Positions 20,411 through 31,134 are shown, numbered from the stretch's first letter. The stretch: 64,000 bases of DNA from Bdellovibrionota bacterium (GCA_041740355.1 JBGSMD010000046.1:1-64000); one strand, 5' to 3'. The notes: generated by a model not told the origin, from the sequence alone. Numbers and translations: made by a program.

Positions 20411-21799
20411 TTATTCTAGATCTTCCTTTATTTTTTCTCTTAGCATCCGTAAGTAACGTTTAAACTTAGCATTCTTCGAGTCAATCTTTTGACTGTCTAG
20501 AACTGGGAGCTCAATCTTCATTGGATCCACATACTTCCCATCCACATAGAAACTATAATGTAGATGCGGTCCACTTGATAATCCGGTAGAGCCAACATAA
20601 CCAATGACATCTCCTCTGGCCACCTTAAATCCTTTCTTAACTCCAGGAGCAATTTTAGAAAGATGAAGGTAGGCCGTAGAATATTTTGGCGAGTGCTTAA
20701 GTTTTACCCAGTTACCATTACCACGGTGATAGCTAGCTTCATCTACTTGGGCATCAGCAACAGCACGAACGGGAGTCCCAGTTGGAGCGGCAAAATCAAC
20801 ACCGTTATGTGGACGACTGATTTTTAATACAGGGTGAAAGCGACTAGTGGTAAAGACAGATGAAATACGAGAGAATTTTACTGGATACCTTAAAAAGAAA
20901 TTACCGATGGCCATTCCTTCTTCATCAAAGTACTGATTTTTGCCTTGCTCACTCGGAAAGTTCATGGCCATGTAAGCTTTTCCTCGAGCAGTAACAGAGG
21001 CAGCGCGTACTTTTCCTGGCGCTAAGATTTTACCATTATCTAATGATCGCTGATCGTAAATTACAGTGAAGGTGTCTCCGGGGTGGATGTCTTTAGTGAA
21101 AGCAATTTTACTTCCAAAGATATCAACGATTTCATCAACAATATCATAGGATAATTGATTACTTTGAGCCGTGGCGGCAATTGAATTCTTGATGGCAAAA
21201 CTTACTTTCACTTCTTGAACTCTAATTTCCGGGATGCTTTGCTCTACTCGATACTCCAAAACTTCGGGATCGTAGATGAGTGAAACTTTCGCGCCATCAC
21301 TGATTGTTTTAGTTAGGCGAGTAAGGACATTGTTGCGAGCTTCAATCTCAACCTTGGATCCCGAGCGCAGTAACTGATTAATATTATATTCTGATGACTT
21401 AAAAGCTTTTTCGGCAAGCAATGCTAAGCTGGTATCAACTCCAAATTTATTCCAGATAGTTGATAGAGTGTCTCCTGGTGAAATAATATACTCAACAAAA
21501 TCAGGACGATAAACAGATTGTAGTCCATCAGTGTTATAAAGTTGTTCGCTATCAAGGCTGGCTCTTACTTGCGCAAAATCAATTGGCAGGTCACTTTCTA
21601 GGCTCCCCCAAACACTTTCTGATGAAAGTAATTCGGCAGCTTCTTCCTCTAAGAAGGCATCTTCTACTGTGGCAATTTGCTCTTCTGGTCTCGCGCTTTG
21701 CTGATTACCAGAACTAAGGTTATAGTAAGCATTTAAGGCTAAAAATCCAAAAATTGAACCAATTATAAAGAAGATAAAATTTGGACGAAAAGGCATCAA
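20411..21799 (-). CDS. M23 family peptidoglycan DD-endopeptidase (MepM-like)
   Basis: N-terminal TM anchor, LysM-like GDTLSTI, HNGVDFAAPTGTPV, YLHLS, GPHLHY. Confidence 0.92.
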   Translation of the reverse strand: MMPFRPNFIFFIIGSIFGFLALNAYYNLSSGNQQSARPEEQIATVEDAFLEEEAAELLSSESVWGSLESDLPIDFAQVRASLDSEQLYNTDGLQSVYRPDFVEYIISPGDTLSTIWNKFGVDTSLALLAEKAFKSSEYNINQLLRSGSKVEIEARNNVLTRLTKTISDGAKVSLIYDPEVLEYRVEQSIPEIRVQEVKVSFAIKNSIAATAQSNQLSYDIVDEIVDIFGSKIAFTKDIHPGDTFTVIYDQRSLDNGKILAPGKVRAASVTARGKAYMAMNFPSEQGKNQYFDEEGMAIGNFFLRYPVKFSRISSVFTTSRFHPVLKISRPHNGVDFAAPTGTPVRAVADAQVDEASYHRGNGNWVKLKHSPKYSTAYLHLSKIAPGVKKGFKVARGDVIGYVGSTGLSSGPHLHYSFYVDGKYVDPMKIELPVLDSQKIDSKNAKFKRYLRMLREKIKEDLE

Positions 21800-21825
21800 G
21801 AAAATCGTTTAAATAATTTAAATAG

Positions 21826-21911
21826 GAAAGTCCAAAAAGTAATTTATCTAAGTAAATTACTTTTTGGGGCTTTCTAACGCCCCGAGAGGGGATAAAAAAT
21901 CATATAGTTAT
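21826..21911 (+). repeat. Palindromic dispersed repeat, family B, copy 1
   Basis: CCAAAAAGTAATTTA-tctaag-TAAATTACTTTTTGG perfect 15-bp inverted repeat, followed by GGGATAAAAAATCATATAGTTAT. Confidence 0.85.
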
Positions 21912-22282
21912 ACTAGTCTGCAACGCTTATTCTTTAAGGGGAAATAATTATCCTAAAAACCCGATAAGCGGCAAAAGCAGTACTTATCCGCCAAAGCTTT
22001 CTTGTCCGCTATAACTTGAGCGTAAGAGGAAGCGAAGGTGAATGCATTTTGACAAGCCGTTATCGAACTAATACTTACAAATGCAATCTAACAAAGACAA
22101 GCATTATAGTTGATTGCTAGAAATTAAGAAAGTTTTGGTAATAATTTAGCTTTTGGCGATTCTCGAATGAAAAATTTGCTTAATAGTGCAAATGCGTTGT
22201 AACAAATTTGTTAGTTTGACCTTCACTCAAAATCTAAACGAGGTATTAAAGAGAATGATTTTAAAAGACGCAGAATTTGATT

Positions 22283-22693
22283 ATGACATCTAAAAAATAC
22301 TTAGGACTTGATGTCGGCGAGCGAATTATAGGCTTAGCCTTCGGAGATTTAGACTCAAAATTAGTTTTCCCACGAAAAGCTCTTGATTTAAAGCAAGTTG
22401 ATGGCAAAAAAGTACTTCATAAAATGTTAGTGGATGATAATCTCAGTGGTTTTGTAGTTGGTTGGCCACAAAACAGTGACGGAAGCAAAAGTTTACAGTG
22501 TGCTAAAATAGAAAAATTTGTTAATAATTTAAAACTTCCTAAGCATTTTGAGGTACATTATATCAATGAGTATGCGTCAAGCTTGGAAGCCCAAAGTAGA
22601 TTTCGAGCCTTTGGCGTAAAGAAAGTCGATCGAGAAACGATTGATTCGACTGCCGCAATTATTATTTTAGAGTCATTTTTCAATAAATGTTAA
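22283..22693 (+). CDS. ruvX: YqgF/RuvX pre-16S rRNA nuclease
   Basis: LGLDVGERIIGLA, VVGWP, IDSTAAIIILESF. Sits upstream of mltG. Confidence 0.88.
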   Translation: MTSKKYLGLDVGERIIGLAFGDLDSKLVFPRKALDLKQVDGKKVLHKMLVDDNLSGFVVGWPQNSDGSKSLQCAKIEKFVNNLKLPKHFEVHYINEYASSLEAQSRFRAFGVKKVDRETIDSTAAIIILESFFNKC

Positions 22694-23829
22694 AGTTATT
22701 ACTGAGAATTTTTGTTGTTTTAGGGATTCCGGCACTTGTTGGGGTGGCCTGCTTTTTATTTCTAAGAAGCTATTTTTTTACTCCTTTTATTGAGGAGAGC
22801 GATAAAGTTTACTTAGTTGAGCTAGCGCCGGGTAGTAGTTTTCGTGCCTTTTGTGATCAATTGGAGTCAAAGGGTATTATTCGTAGTGCCTGGATGTTAG
22901 ATTTTATTTCCCAAGTTAAAAAAAGTGATACGAAAATTAAAGCTGGTGAGTATCAATTATCTCCAGCAATGTCACCTCAAGATATTCTTTCTAAATTGAG
23001 TAAAGGAGAAGTCTTTAAGCGAATAGTGACGGTAAAAGAAGGAATGGATCTTTGGCAGATTGCCAAAGCTTTGGAAGAGTCACAGATTTTAAAGGGCGCT
23101 GATTTTCTTCAATCAGTTCAAGATCGGGCGTTATTAGATCGCTTGGAAGTTACCGCTCCATCCTTGGAAGGTTATTTGTTTCCCGAGACATATCATTTTT
23201 CAGGAAAGCAGACAGCATTATCAGTGATTTGGATAATGGTGGAGCAGTTCTATAAAAAGTGGAAACCTGTTTATGATCAAAGACTAATAGAGCTAAATCT
23301 TTCTAAGCATGAAATTATTACGCTAGCTTCAATCATTGAAAAAGAATCAGGCAATAAATCCGAACAAGCACTTGTCTCCTCTGTCTTTCATAATCGTCTT
23401 CGAAGTGGCATGAAGTTAGAATCAGATCCAACTTTGGTATACGGATTGCAAAATTTTAATGGAGTAGTTCTGAACAAGCACAAAGAAACAGAGTCTCCCT
23501 ATAATACTTATAAAAACTTTGGATTACCTCCTGGGCCAATTGCTAATCCTGGTCAAACGGCTATCCATGCGGCACTTTACCCAGAAGATAGTGAATTTCT
23601 ATTTTTTGTTGCTAATGGCAAGGGTGGGCATAAATTTTCCACAAATCTACGAGAGCACAATGATGCGGTACGAGATTATCGGAATATTTTAAGTCAAGCA
23701 AAACAGGCGACGCAAGTAGCGGTGGAGGAAATTGAAGCAGCAACAAAACCAATAGATCCGCTAGTACCAACGGAATCGCCAAAGGTTGCTGATAATTTGG
23801 AGGCTAGTGAATCTCCAGCAACAAATTAA
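22687..23829 (+). CDS. mltG: Endolytic transglycosylase MltG
   Basis: KAGEY, LEGYLFPETY, LASIIEKE, NRL..MKLESDPT, SPYNTY, GLPPGPIANPG. Confidence 0.95.
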   Translation: MLKLLLRIFVVLGIPALVGVACFLFLRSYFFTPFIEESDKVYLVELAPGSSFRAFCDQLESKGIIRSAWMLDFISQVKKSDTKIKAGEYQLSPAMSPQDILSKLSKGEVFKRIVTVKEGMDLWQIAKALEESQILKGADFLQSVQDRALLDRLEVTAPSLEGYLFPETYHFSGKQTALSVIWIMVEQFYKKWKPVYDQRLIELNLSKHEIITLASIIEKESGNKSEQALVSSVFHNRLRSGMKLESDPTLVYGLQNFNGVVLNKHKETESPYNTYKNFGLPPGPIANPGQTAIHAALYPEDSEFLFFVANGKGGHKFSTNLREHNDAVRDYRNILSQAKQATQVAVEEIEAATKPIDPLVPTESPKVADNLEASESPATN

Positions 23830-25741
23830 GTCATTAGAGGATCGGTTTTCCAAATTCAAACAACAAAATTTGTTGTCCTTGGCGATTGTCTTTTTGGCGC
23901 AGCTTTGCGCCTTGGTTTTCTTTTTTCAAATATCATGGATCTTCGCTGGAGGAATATTACTAATATTTCTAGTGAATGGATTTTTTTTAGTTCGCTACTA
24001 TTTAAGCCTCAAGAATCCTACCACCCAGCAATGGGCAATGCTGATTGACGGGGAATGTCAGGCCGAGAGTCGCCTAACTTCTTTAAGCCAATTGCAAGAA
24101 TCAAATTTAGCAGAATCCGATGTTGCCAAATTTATTGAGCGACAGATTGACGAGAAGAAGATTTCATTTGAAAAAGTAGATCAAATTTATTTTAAACAAA
24201 AAGTCTCTGTCCGAAACAATCTTTATCTATTGCCAGTAATTCTTTTTATTTGCTTTATTCTATTCTTTGTTTTTAAAGAAAAATTTATTGAACCAGCAGT
24301 CGATAAAGCAATTTTTGCGCCAGAAATTAAAATTTTACAAGAATTAATAGCTGAAAAAAAACTACCGCCAGAACTTAATCAGCAACTTGAAAAATTATTA
24401 AACAATTTAAGTTCTGAGCAAACAACCCTAAGTGATGTTAAGGAGACATTGGCTGAGGCTGAGAAAAAATTAGGCGAGAAAAAAGAAGAAGAGAATCAAA
24501 AGTCAGAGGAAGAAAAACAAAAATCCCAAGAAGAAAAAAGCCAAGAAAAAGAGGAACAAGAGAAAAACCAAGAAAAATCGGAAGATAAACAAGACGGAGA
24601 GCAGTCGCAAGAGAAAAAAGATTCAGAAGGTAATACTGAAAAAGAAGAACAACAGAAGGAAGGAGAGGAAAAGTCCGAGACCCCTGCTGAAACCAAGTCA
24701 GGCAAGAAAGACGACCAGCAAGGTAAAGAAGAATCTGGCGAACAAGAACAAAAAGGCGATCAAGGTGGAGAGAAAGACGCAAAAGAAGAATCAGCTGAAG
24801 GCGATAAGAAATCTGAGGGTGGAAAAGGAGAGCAGCAAAATTCTGGTAAACAACAAGGTGGAGAGCAAAAGTCTAATAGTCAAGAACAAGGTGGTGAAAA
24901 AGGTGAAGAGTCTGCGGATCAAAAAGGTGAGCAAAAATCAGAAAAGGGCGAGCAGTCAGAGAGTGCCGAATCTCAAGGCGGAGAGGGATCTGACAAGAGC
25001 GAGCAAACCGGAAGTGAGCAAAAATCTGATAGTGGTAAGTCTAAAGAAGATGCCGAGCAGGCAGGAGGAAAAGAACAGGGCAATTCTCAAGAAGGCAAAG
25101 GTGGAAAGCCAAAACAAGATCAATCGGGAGGACAAGGAGAACAAAATGCCGAACAGGTAATGGATCAAATTAAAGATAAAATTGACCAGTTAGAAAAGGA
25201 ACAACAGCAAAATTCTAGTCAAGAAGGAGAGAAGAATAAACCCGACAAACCCCAGGATGGTCAGGCTTCCGATGGTGCTGGAAAGTCATCTGAAAAACAA
25301 GATCAAAAAGAACCTAAGGAATCTAAAAATAATTCTGAAAAAAAAGATTCTAGTAATAAATCAGAGCAAGAGTCTAAGCAGTCTTCTGCTTCCGGAGAGG
25401 GAGATGCCAATGAGCCACCTGATTCTGAAAATAAAGATTCTGAAAATAAAATGGCCGGCAAGCAGGGAGCTGCTGTTAGTGGCAAAGAAGGAGATCCGGG
25501 AAAAGGAGAAAATCCGGCCAAGATTGACGAAGCAAGTTTAAAATATCAAGACGTCAAGATTGATGAGGACCCAAAAGATCTCGATCAGCAATTTGCTACG
25601 GGTGAGGCGGATATCAAGGAAGGGAAAGAGGGTGGTGAGTATCGCATCACTCAGGAAGAATTAGAACTTAGTCGTCCGACTGCGCCGAAAAAGAGTAATC
25701 AAATTAAAATCCCGATGGAGTATCAAGATCTCTTAAAGTAG
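23786..25741 (+). CDS. Membrane protein with long Q/E/K/S/G-rich low-complexity tail, likely part of the MoxR-vWA locus
   Basis: Three TM segments, a coiled coil, a long polar low-complexity region and a C-terminal IPMEYQDLLK. Exact start uncertain. Confidence 0.75.
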   Translation: MLIIWRLVNLQQQIKSLEDRFSKFKQQNLLSLAIVFLAQLCALVFFFQISWIFAGGILLIFLVNGFFLVRYYLSLKNPTTQQWAMLIDGECQAESRLTSLSQLQESNLAESDVAKFIERQIDEKKISFEKVDQIYFKQKVSVRNNLYLLPVILFICFILFFVFKEKFIEPAVDKAIFAPEIKILQELIAEKKLPPELNQQLEKLLNNLSSEQTTLSDVKETLAEAEKKLGEKKEEENQKSEEEKQKSQEEKSQEKEEQEKNQEKSEDKQDGEQSQEKKDSEGNTEKEEQQKEGEEKSETPAETKSGKKDDQQGKEESGEQEQKGDQGGEKDAKEESAEGDKKSEGGKGEQQNSGKQQGGEQKSNSQEQGGEKGEESADQKGEQKSEKGEQSESAESQGGEGSDKSEQTGSEQKSDSGKSKEDAEQAGGKEQGNSQEGKGGKPKQDQSGGQGEQNAEQVMDQIKDKIDQLEKEQQQNSSQEGEKNKPDKPQDGQASDGAGKSSEKQDQKEPKESKNNSEKKDSSNKSEQESKQSSASGEGDANEPPDSENKDSENKMAGKQGAAVSGKEGDPGKGENPAKIDEASLKYQDVKIDEDPKDLDQQFATGEADIKEGKEGGEYRITQEELELSRPTAPKKSNQIKIPMEYQDLLK

Positions 25742-25805
25742 CTCGAAATTCTAAGCAACTAGAGTCCCAAATGCTTACGATTTTCTATAAAATTTATTTT
25801 GCATA

Positions 25806-26831
25806 TTACTTGCTGGGAAAGAATCGAGCTTGAAATTTTTCTAAATCCGCAGAACTCCCAAAGTAAATCACAAGATCTCGATCGACTTGGAACACGGGAG
25901 TAATATTAACCGTAAATTCCTTTCCAGCTGTTATTCTAGGTACTCGTGATTCTAGTAAATTTGCTAAGTGGCTAGAATCTTTAAGGCTTGCACCTGTGAT
26001 TTTACTAGCAATCGTAGTGTGTGTTCCCCGGATGGCAGCTTGTTTACTGAAAGTAGTTTCTCCAATACTTTCTCTTAAGTATCTGACAAATTCTGTTTGA
26101 AGTGAATGTTGAGAACTACTGGTTTCGGTAGTTTTTGGTGGAAATATATTTTTGATTCGCAATTCTACAACCCCTGCTGCTAACTTTACCTCTTGGAGTT
26201 GATCCTTTGTGACCTCCGGTGCACGCATTTTAGCAAGATGAGTTTTGAAATTTAGAATATCTTGATTCTTCAGTTCGCCTGGAGAAAGCTCGATGCATTG
26301 ATAATTTTTTTGGATCTTAGCATGAAGCAGGGGATCGCTTGGTTTTAAAAAGGCAATTTGCACTCCATCTGCCTCGATCCTAGCTTCTCTTAGTGGTCGG
26401 AGCTCAGCACCATTTTGGAGAGTCTTGATGCAAAATCCTTTATCTCCTTTTACAGATAATATTTCCGTTACATTTTCCTTTCCTGAAAGCAGATCGATTT
26501 GAAGCTGGCTGACAACATCATGAATATTAAGACCGTAGGCACTAACAACTACTAATCCCTGCTGCTTTGCTAATTCTAAATAACTAGGTTTATGGACAAC
26601 AACCTCAGGTTTCTCTATCGGAGGTAAATTCTTAGTTTTTAGGTCGCTGATATAGGTGGTAAATTTTGGGGCTAGGGAATTGACGGCAGCTAGGCCTAGA
26701 GCTGCGGTAGCTACAATCGCTAAGGATTTTCTACCTGAAATTGAGCTATTTGTGGCTCTAACTGTATCTTTAGGTAACTGTCGGAGCGATCTAGAGGTAT
26801 CTCGATGTGGATCATCAAATGAGTGAGTCAT
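25806..26831 (-). CDS. Hypothetical protein with a single N-terminal hydrophobic segment
   Basis: 341-aa ORF on the opposite strand to its neighbours. No family recognised. Confidence 0.65.
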   Translation of the reverse strand: MTHSFDDPHRDTSRSLRQLPKDTVRATNSSISGRKSLAIVATAALGLAAVNSLAPKFTTYISDLKTKNLPPIEKPEVVVHKPSYLELAKQQGLVVVSAYGLNIHDVVSQLQIDLLSGKENVTEILSVKGDKGFCIKTLQNGAELRPLREARIEADGVQIAFLKPSDPLLHAKIQKNYQCIELSPGELKNQDILNFKTHLAKMRAPEVTKDQLQEVKLAAGVVELRIKNIFPPKTTETSSSQHSLQTEFVRYLRESIGETTFSKQAAIRGTHTTIASKITGASLKDSSHLANLLESRVPRITAGKEFTVNITPVFQVDRDLVIYFGSSADLEKFQARFFPSK

Positions 26832-26857
26832 GATAAAACTTTGTGTGTTAATAAATA

Positions 26858-26943
26858 TAGAAAGTCCAAAAAGTAATTTATGTAAGGAAACTACTTTTTT
26901 GGGCTTTCTATCCCCTGCAAGCGTAGTAAAATCATATAGTTAT
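26858..26943 (+). repeat. Palindromic dispersed repeat, family B, copy 2
   Basis: TAGAAAGTCCAAAAAGTAATTTATGTAAGGAAACTACTTTTTTGGGCTTTCTATCCCCTGCA...AAAATCATATAGTTAT aligns with copy 1. Confidence 0.85.
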
Positions 26944-27161
26944 TAGAAAAAAACAAGCTACGCTATTTTATTTATACGTAATTTATTTTTTGGAATAACT
27001 ATAACTGTTATTTTTATCCGTTTTAAGGAGATATCTGATCCTTTATAATTTTTGCAGACTACCTGAACGCTTACAAACAAGGTATTATATTGTATCGATG
27101 ACTTAAGTAGAAACCTTAAGTACTTTTTGTGTGAATAAATTTTCCTTAAAACCCCTAAGTT

Positions 27162-28151
27162 ATGAGTAATATTGAAGAAAGATTAAGCGAGTTTAGAGAA
27201 ACCTTTGGGCAAGTTGAGTCAGAGATTAGCAAGGTAATTGTTGGGCAGAAGGAAATCATTAGGGGAACCTTAGGTGCCATCTTTAGTGGAGGGCACGTAC
27301 TTTTAGAGGGGGTTCCTGGTTTAGGAAAAACTTTACTGGTCAATTCAATTGCCAAGTCCCTTGGATTAAATTTCAAACGAATTCAATTTACCCCAGATTT
27401 GATGCCGAGTGACATCACTGGAACCGAGATTTTAAATGAGGGCGATGATGGTAAAAAACAATTTATTTTTATGCCGGGCCCCCTCTTTGCAAATATTGTC
27501 CTAGCTGATGAAATTAACCGAGCAACTGCGAAAACTCAAGCGGCCCTGCTGGAAGCCATGGAAGAAAAGCAAATTACAGTAATGGGTAAGACCCATCCTT
27601 TGCAAACTCCTTTTTTTGTTCTTGCCACTCAAAATCCCGTAGAGTTAGAAGGAACTTATCCTCTGCCAGAAGCTCAGCTAGATCGTTTTATGATTAAGCT
27701 AGTTCTTAAATTACCAAGTGAACCGGAAATGCAGGAAATCTTAACTCGAACTACTGGGGCGAATATTCCACAAGCAACGGCAGTGCTAGAAGGTTTTAAT
27801 CCAGCTGAGAAAATTAATGAACTGAAATCTCTAGTACGGGAAGTTGTTGTACCAAGACCATTACAAGAAGTTTTAGTCAGAATGTTATCGGCACTAAATC
27901 CTGATTCTAATTTTGCAACTGAAAAAGTTAAGAAATACGTGCGCTTTGGTTCTGGCCCGCGGGGAGCACAAGCGACAGTCTTGTTTTCTAAAGTGATGGC
28001 CTTACTTGCTGGACGAATGAACATTGACTTTGTTGATTTACAAACAGCATTAGTTCCTTGCTTGCGACACAGATTGATTCTTAATTTCCAAGCAGAAGCA
28101 GAAGGTATTACAGCTGAAGAAATTATTTCAGAAATTGTTAAAGCTAAGTGA
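27162..28151 (+). CDS. moxR: MoxR family AAA+ ATPase
   Basis: GHVLLEGVPGLGKT, RIQFTPDLMPSDITG, LADEINRA, ATQNPVE, YPLPEAQLDRF. Confidence 0.95.
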   Translation: MSNIEERLSEFRETFGQVESEISKVIVGQKEIIRGTLGAIFSGGHVLLEGVPGLGKTLLVNSIAKSLGLNFKRIQFTPDLMPSDITGTEILNEGDDGKKQFIFMPGPLFANIVLADEINRATAKTQAALLEAMEEKQITVMGKTHPLQTPFFVLATQNPVELEGTYPLPEAQLDRFMIKLVLKLPSEPEMQEILTRTTGANIPQATAVLEGFNPAEKINELKSLVREVVVPRPLQEVLVRMLSALNPDSNFATEKVKKYVRFGSGPRGAQATVLFSKVMALLAGRMNIDFVDLQTALVPCLRHRLILNFQAEAEGITAEEIISEIVKAK

Positions 28152-28156
28152 CGTAA

Positions 28157-28232
28157 AGAAAATCCAAAAAGTAATTTACGTAAGCAAATTACATAATGGG
28201 TTTTAGTATATCCCCTGCAGGAAAGTGGGAAA
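28157..28232 (+). repeat. Palindromic dispersed repeat, family B, copy 3 (degenerate)
   Basis: TCCAAAAAGTAATTTACGTAAGCAAATTAC...TATCCCCTGCA shared with copies 1 and 2. Confidence 0.7.
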
Positions 28233-28284
28233 GCTAAGTTAAACTATTATTTTTTAAGTAATATATTTTTTGTCATAACCAGCC

Positions 28285-29154
28285 ATGCCTTTGCCAGTAA
28301 CTTTTACACCACAACTTTTAAGACAATTAGAGTTGCAACAATTAAAAGCGCGCAAATCATTTTTAGGATCTCGGCAGGGTGCTCACTATTCGCCTAAGCG
28401 TGGTCATGGAATTGAATTCTCTGACTTTAGGCAGTATCAGCCAGGGGACGATCTTCGTCATATAGATTGGAATTTAGTAGCAAGATCTGAACGTTTTTAT
28501 ATTAAACGCTTTAGAGAAGAGCAAGATCTTTTAGTGCATTTAATTCTTGATAATTCTGCTTCGATGTTTAGTCCGTCGACTGATAAATGGAATAGGGTTG
28601 TGGAGTTAGCCTTAGCGATTGGGTATCTTTCCAGTATGCAACAAGATCGCTTACAACTTGCTGTGCCGGGACATTTCATTGGTAAAAAATATTCTGGAAA
28701 AAACTTAGTATATAAACTCTCTGATGATTTGGCTCAAGTTCAAATCAACTCTGCTAAAACTTTTGATGCTGATTTAAAACTTAGTTTTACGACAACAAAT
28801 TTCCCAGGTGTCGCCTACTACATTTCTGATTTTTTAGATGACCCCGAAAAAATTAAAGCGAATTTTCAAACATTACTAGCTCGCAATCTTGATTTGCGAG
28901 TCATTCAAGTTCTTACTCCAGAGGAGATCACCCCACGCCTTGGAACGAAGGTCTTAGCAGTTGATAGCGAAACAGGGCAAGAAGTTCCACTCGAAGTAAC
29001 AGCCAGTAATGCACCTGAATACCAACAAGCTTTTGCTAAGCATCAAAAAGATTGGCAGGACTTTTCTTATCAACGACAAATCGCTTGGTATAGTTGTGAT
29101 ACTAGCCAAGACTTAGCTGAGATTTGTCGCAAGATATTAGGGGTTGGAAAATGA
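28285..29154 (+). CDS. DUF58 domain protein (vWA-like MoxR partner)
   Basis: GIEFSDFRQYQPGDDLRHIDW, LDNSASM, ISDF. Confidence 0.93.
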   Translation: MPLPVTFTPQLLRQLELQQLKARKSFLGSRQGAHYSPKRGHGIEFSDFRQYQPGDDLRHIDWNLVARSERFYIKRFREEQDLLVHLILDNSASMFSPSTDKWNRVVELALAIGYLSSMQQDRLQLAVPGHFIGKKYSGKNLVYKLSDDLAQVQINSAKTFDADLKLSFTTTNFPGVAYYISDFLDDPEKIKANFQTLLARNLDLRVIQVLTPEEITPRLGTKVLAVDSETGQEVPLEVTASNAPEYQQAFAKHQKDWQDFSYQRQIAWYSCDTSQDLAEICRKILGVGK

Positions 29155-30953
29155 GCCTCGGTTTTAGCGCACCAGCTTTTTTGTTATTAGCCATTCCGGT
29201 AATTGGAGGGCTAATCTATGCTTACTTAAATCGTGGGCAAGCTAAGCGGCAGATAGTTTCTAGCACGATCATATTTAAACAACTTAAGAATCGTCCTAGT
29301 GTTCGCCAGCGTATTCAGCTTCCTTGGAGGTTTTTTTATGAACTGCTGGCGCTGTTAATCTTAGTTTTATCAATTGCCGGATTTTATTGGCAATCGCCAG
29401 GCAAATACTGGCAAGTGATTATTGATAATTCACTCAGTCTTTCTGCTATCGCCGATGCCAGTAGTTCTAAAAATATTTTAGCTTTAAATATTGCTCAATT
29501 AAAAAATGACTATCAGTCTAGGATTCGCAATTTTTCAGGAATTAAAGTCTGTGTAACGGCGCCAAGTTTTGAGTGCTGGTCAGATGGCTTTCAGACTTGG
29601 GATGAGGTGATTTCTAAGATTGAAGATTTAAAAATTCTACCAGCAAACGATCTTTTGGAAAGTATTTTAAGTTCACTTACAACTTCACCCGATGTTGAAT
29701 TGACAGTTTATAGCGATTATTTAAGCAACAGTAAGCAATCAAACAAACTAAAGCTATCTACGGTACGAAGCGGAGGACTCGGAAATATTGCAATCACTGA
29801 AATTTTGCTTAGGCCAAATCAGACAGTTAGTGTTGGCATCCAATCTTTCGTCAGTACCCCAGTTCAAAAGAAAGTTAAACTTTACTTGCTATCGGAAATT
29901 CAAGGGAAATTAGTCTTAACAGAGAGCAAAGAAAATAGTTTTAAACTTAATCCAGATCAAAAGATTTTTGTTGATTTTAAAATTGCCAATGATGTCCGCG
30001 CGGTTATTGCCGAAATTGACTCTGAAAATCGCAGTCCAACAGTAGACGCTATTGGTAAAGATAATATTGCTTTTCAAGTGATCAATCCGCAAGTTCAAGC
30101 TGAGGTATTATTGGTTAGCGAGCGTTCAATTAGTGAAAGTGGTTTAGCCGTGGTTTTTGATGATAAGGTAAAATTACTATCGCCGACTGAATATCAGCAA
30201 GGAGCGACCAGTTCCAAGAAATATTCACTAATAATTTTTGATAATTATATTCCTAAGGAATTCCCAAATTCCAATCATTTGATTATTGCCAGCAATTCAG
30301 AGCCTGGAATAATACAAACAGAATTGCAAAGATCTCCCCAGATTACTACTTGGGATAAGGAAAGTGCCTTGTTGCGATATTTAACTCCCGATAATTTCCA
30401 ATTTAAAAATGTTTGGTCAGCTAAACTTCCCAGTTGGTTCCATCCGGTTATTTCCAGCAATAATCAAATAATCTTGGCCACTGGATTTTTAGGTCAAGTT
30501 AAATCTGTTTACCTGGGATTTCCGATTTTGCCTTTGGAACAAAGTAATAATCAAGCAATATCGATTTTAAGCTTAAATACACTTAAGTGGTTAGAAGAAA
30601 CCAGCGAAGCTCCAATTTCATTTGATCGGGAGACACTGGTTTATACATTAGTAGATCAAAAATTAGTTTCAGAAATACATTCTAATCAAGCTTCTAGTTT
30701 AATCGGAATTTTTTCATCCTCGGATGGAAAGGTAAAATCATATAACGCTAAGAATTTCTACTCAGAGGAAGAGTCCAATCTGAAAGTTGTTCGGAAGATC
30801 TCGATTCCAACATTGCTTATTTCCAAAGAGTCACAATTAGCAAACAGTTCCAATCCAAATTTGAACCAGTTAATCTGGTTTGTGTTAGTAATGATGTTGG
30901 CTGCTTTATACTCACCGCTTTTCATTTTTGATAAAAAAGGAAAAGAAAGGTGA
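29151..30953 (+). CDS. BatA-domain / vWA-like membrane protein
   Basis: N-terminal double TM (F.AP.FLLLAIP...VSS..F), IIDNSLSL, NIAIT and a C-terminal TM. The last 15 codons derive from the 204-bp repeat. Confidence 0.8.
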   Translation: MSLGFSAPAFLLLAIPVIGGLIYAYLNRGQAKRQIVSSTIIFKQLKNRPSVRQRIQLPWRFFYELLALLILVLSIAGFYWQSPGKYWQVIIDNSLSLSAIADASSSKNILALNIAQLKNDYQSRIRNFSGIKVCVTAPSFECWSDGFQTWDEVISKIEDLKILPANDLLESILSSLTTSPDVELTVYSDYLSNSKQSNKLKLSTVRSGGLGNIAITEILLRPNQTVSVGIQSFVSTPVQKKVKLYLLSEIQGKLVLTESKENSFKLNPDQKIFVDFKIANDVRAVIAEIDSENRSPTVDAIGKDNIAFQVINPQVQAEVLLVSERSISESGLAVVFDDKVKLLSPTEYQQGATSSKKYSLIIFDNYIPKEFPNSNHLIIASNSEPGIIQTELQRSPQITTWDKESALLRYLTPDNFQFKNVWSAKLPSWFHPVISSNNQIILATGFLGQVKSVYLGFPILPLEQSNNQAISILSLNTLKWLEETSEAPISFDRETLVYTLVDQKLVSEIHSNQASSLIGIFSSSDGKVKSYNAKNFYSEEESNLKVVRKISIPTLLISKESQLANSSNPNLNQLIWFVLVMMLAALYSPLFIFDKKGKER

Positions 30954-31108
30954 GCGAGCAAAATCCTGTTGCAGGCAGGTTATGCCTTAGAAAACACTAC
31001 AAAACCCTACGCCAATTAGCGGTGAGTATTTGTTTTGTCTTCTGCGGCGCAACTTGGCTAAAGCCAAGATTACGCGCGCCCTCCGCAAATTTCATCTGCG
31101 AAGGGTTT
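30905..31108. mobile_element. 204-bp structured non-autonomous element (MITE-like or ncRNA), family A, copy 1
   Basis: Gap-free alignment to 54366-54569 with 23 mismatches by manual count. Contains multiple hairpins. Confidence 0.8.
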
Positions 31109-31134
31109 GTTTGGCGAAGGAGTAGTGTAATAAT

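Noticed and set aside
24438-25541. Several overlapping ORFs and a 15-bp tandem duplication (25421-25450)
   Set aside because: These are artefacts of the low-complexity Q/E/K/S/G coding region. The duplication simply encodes DSENK twice.
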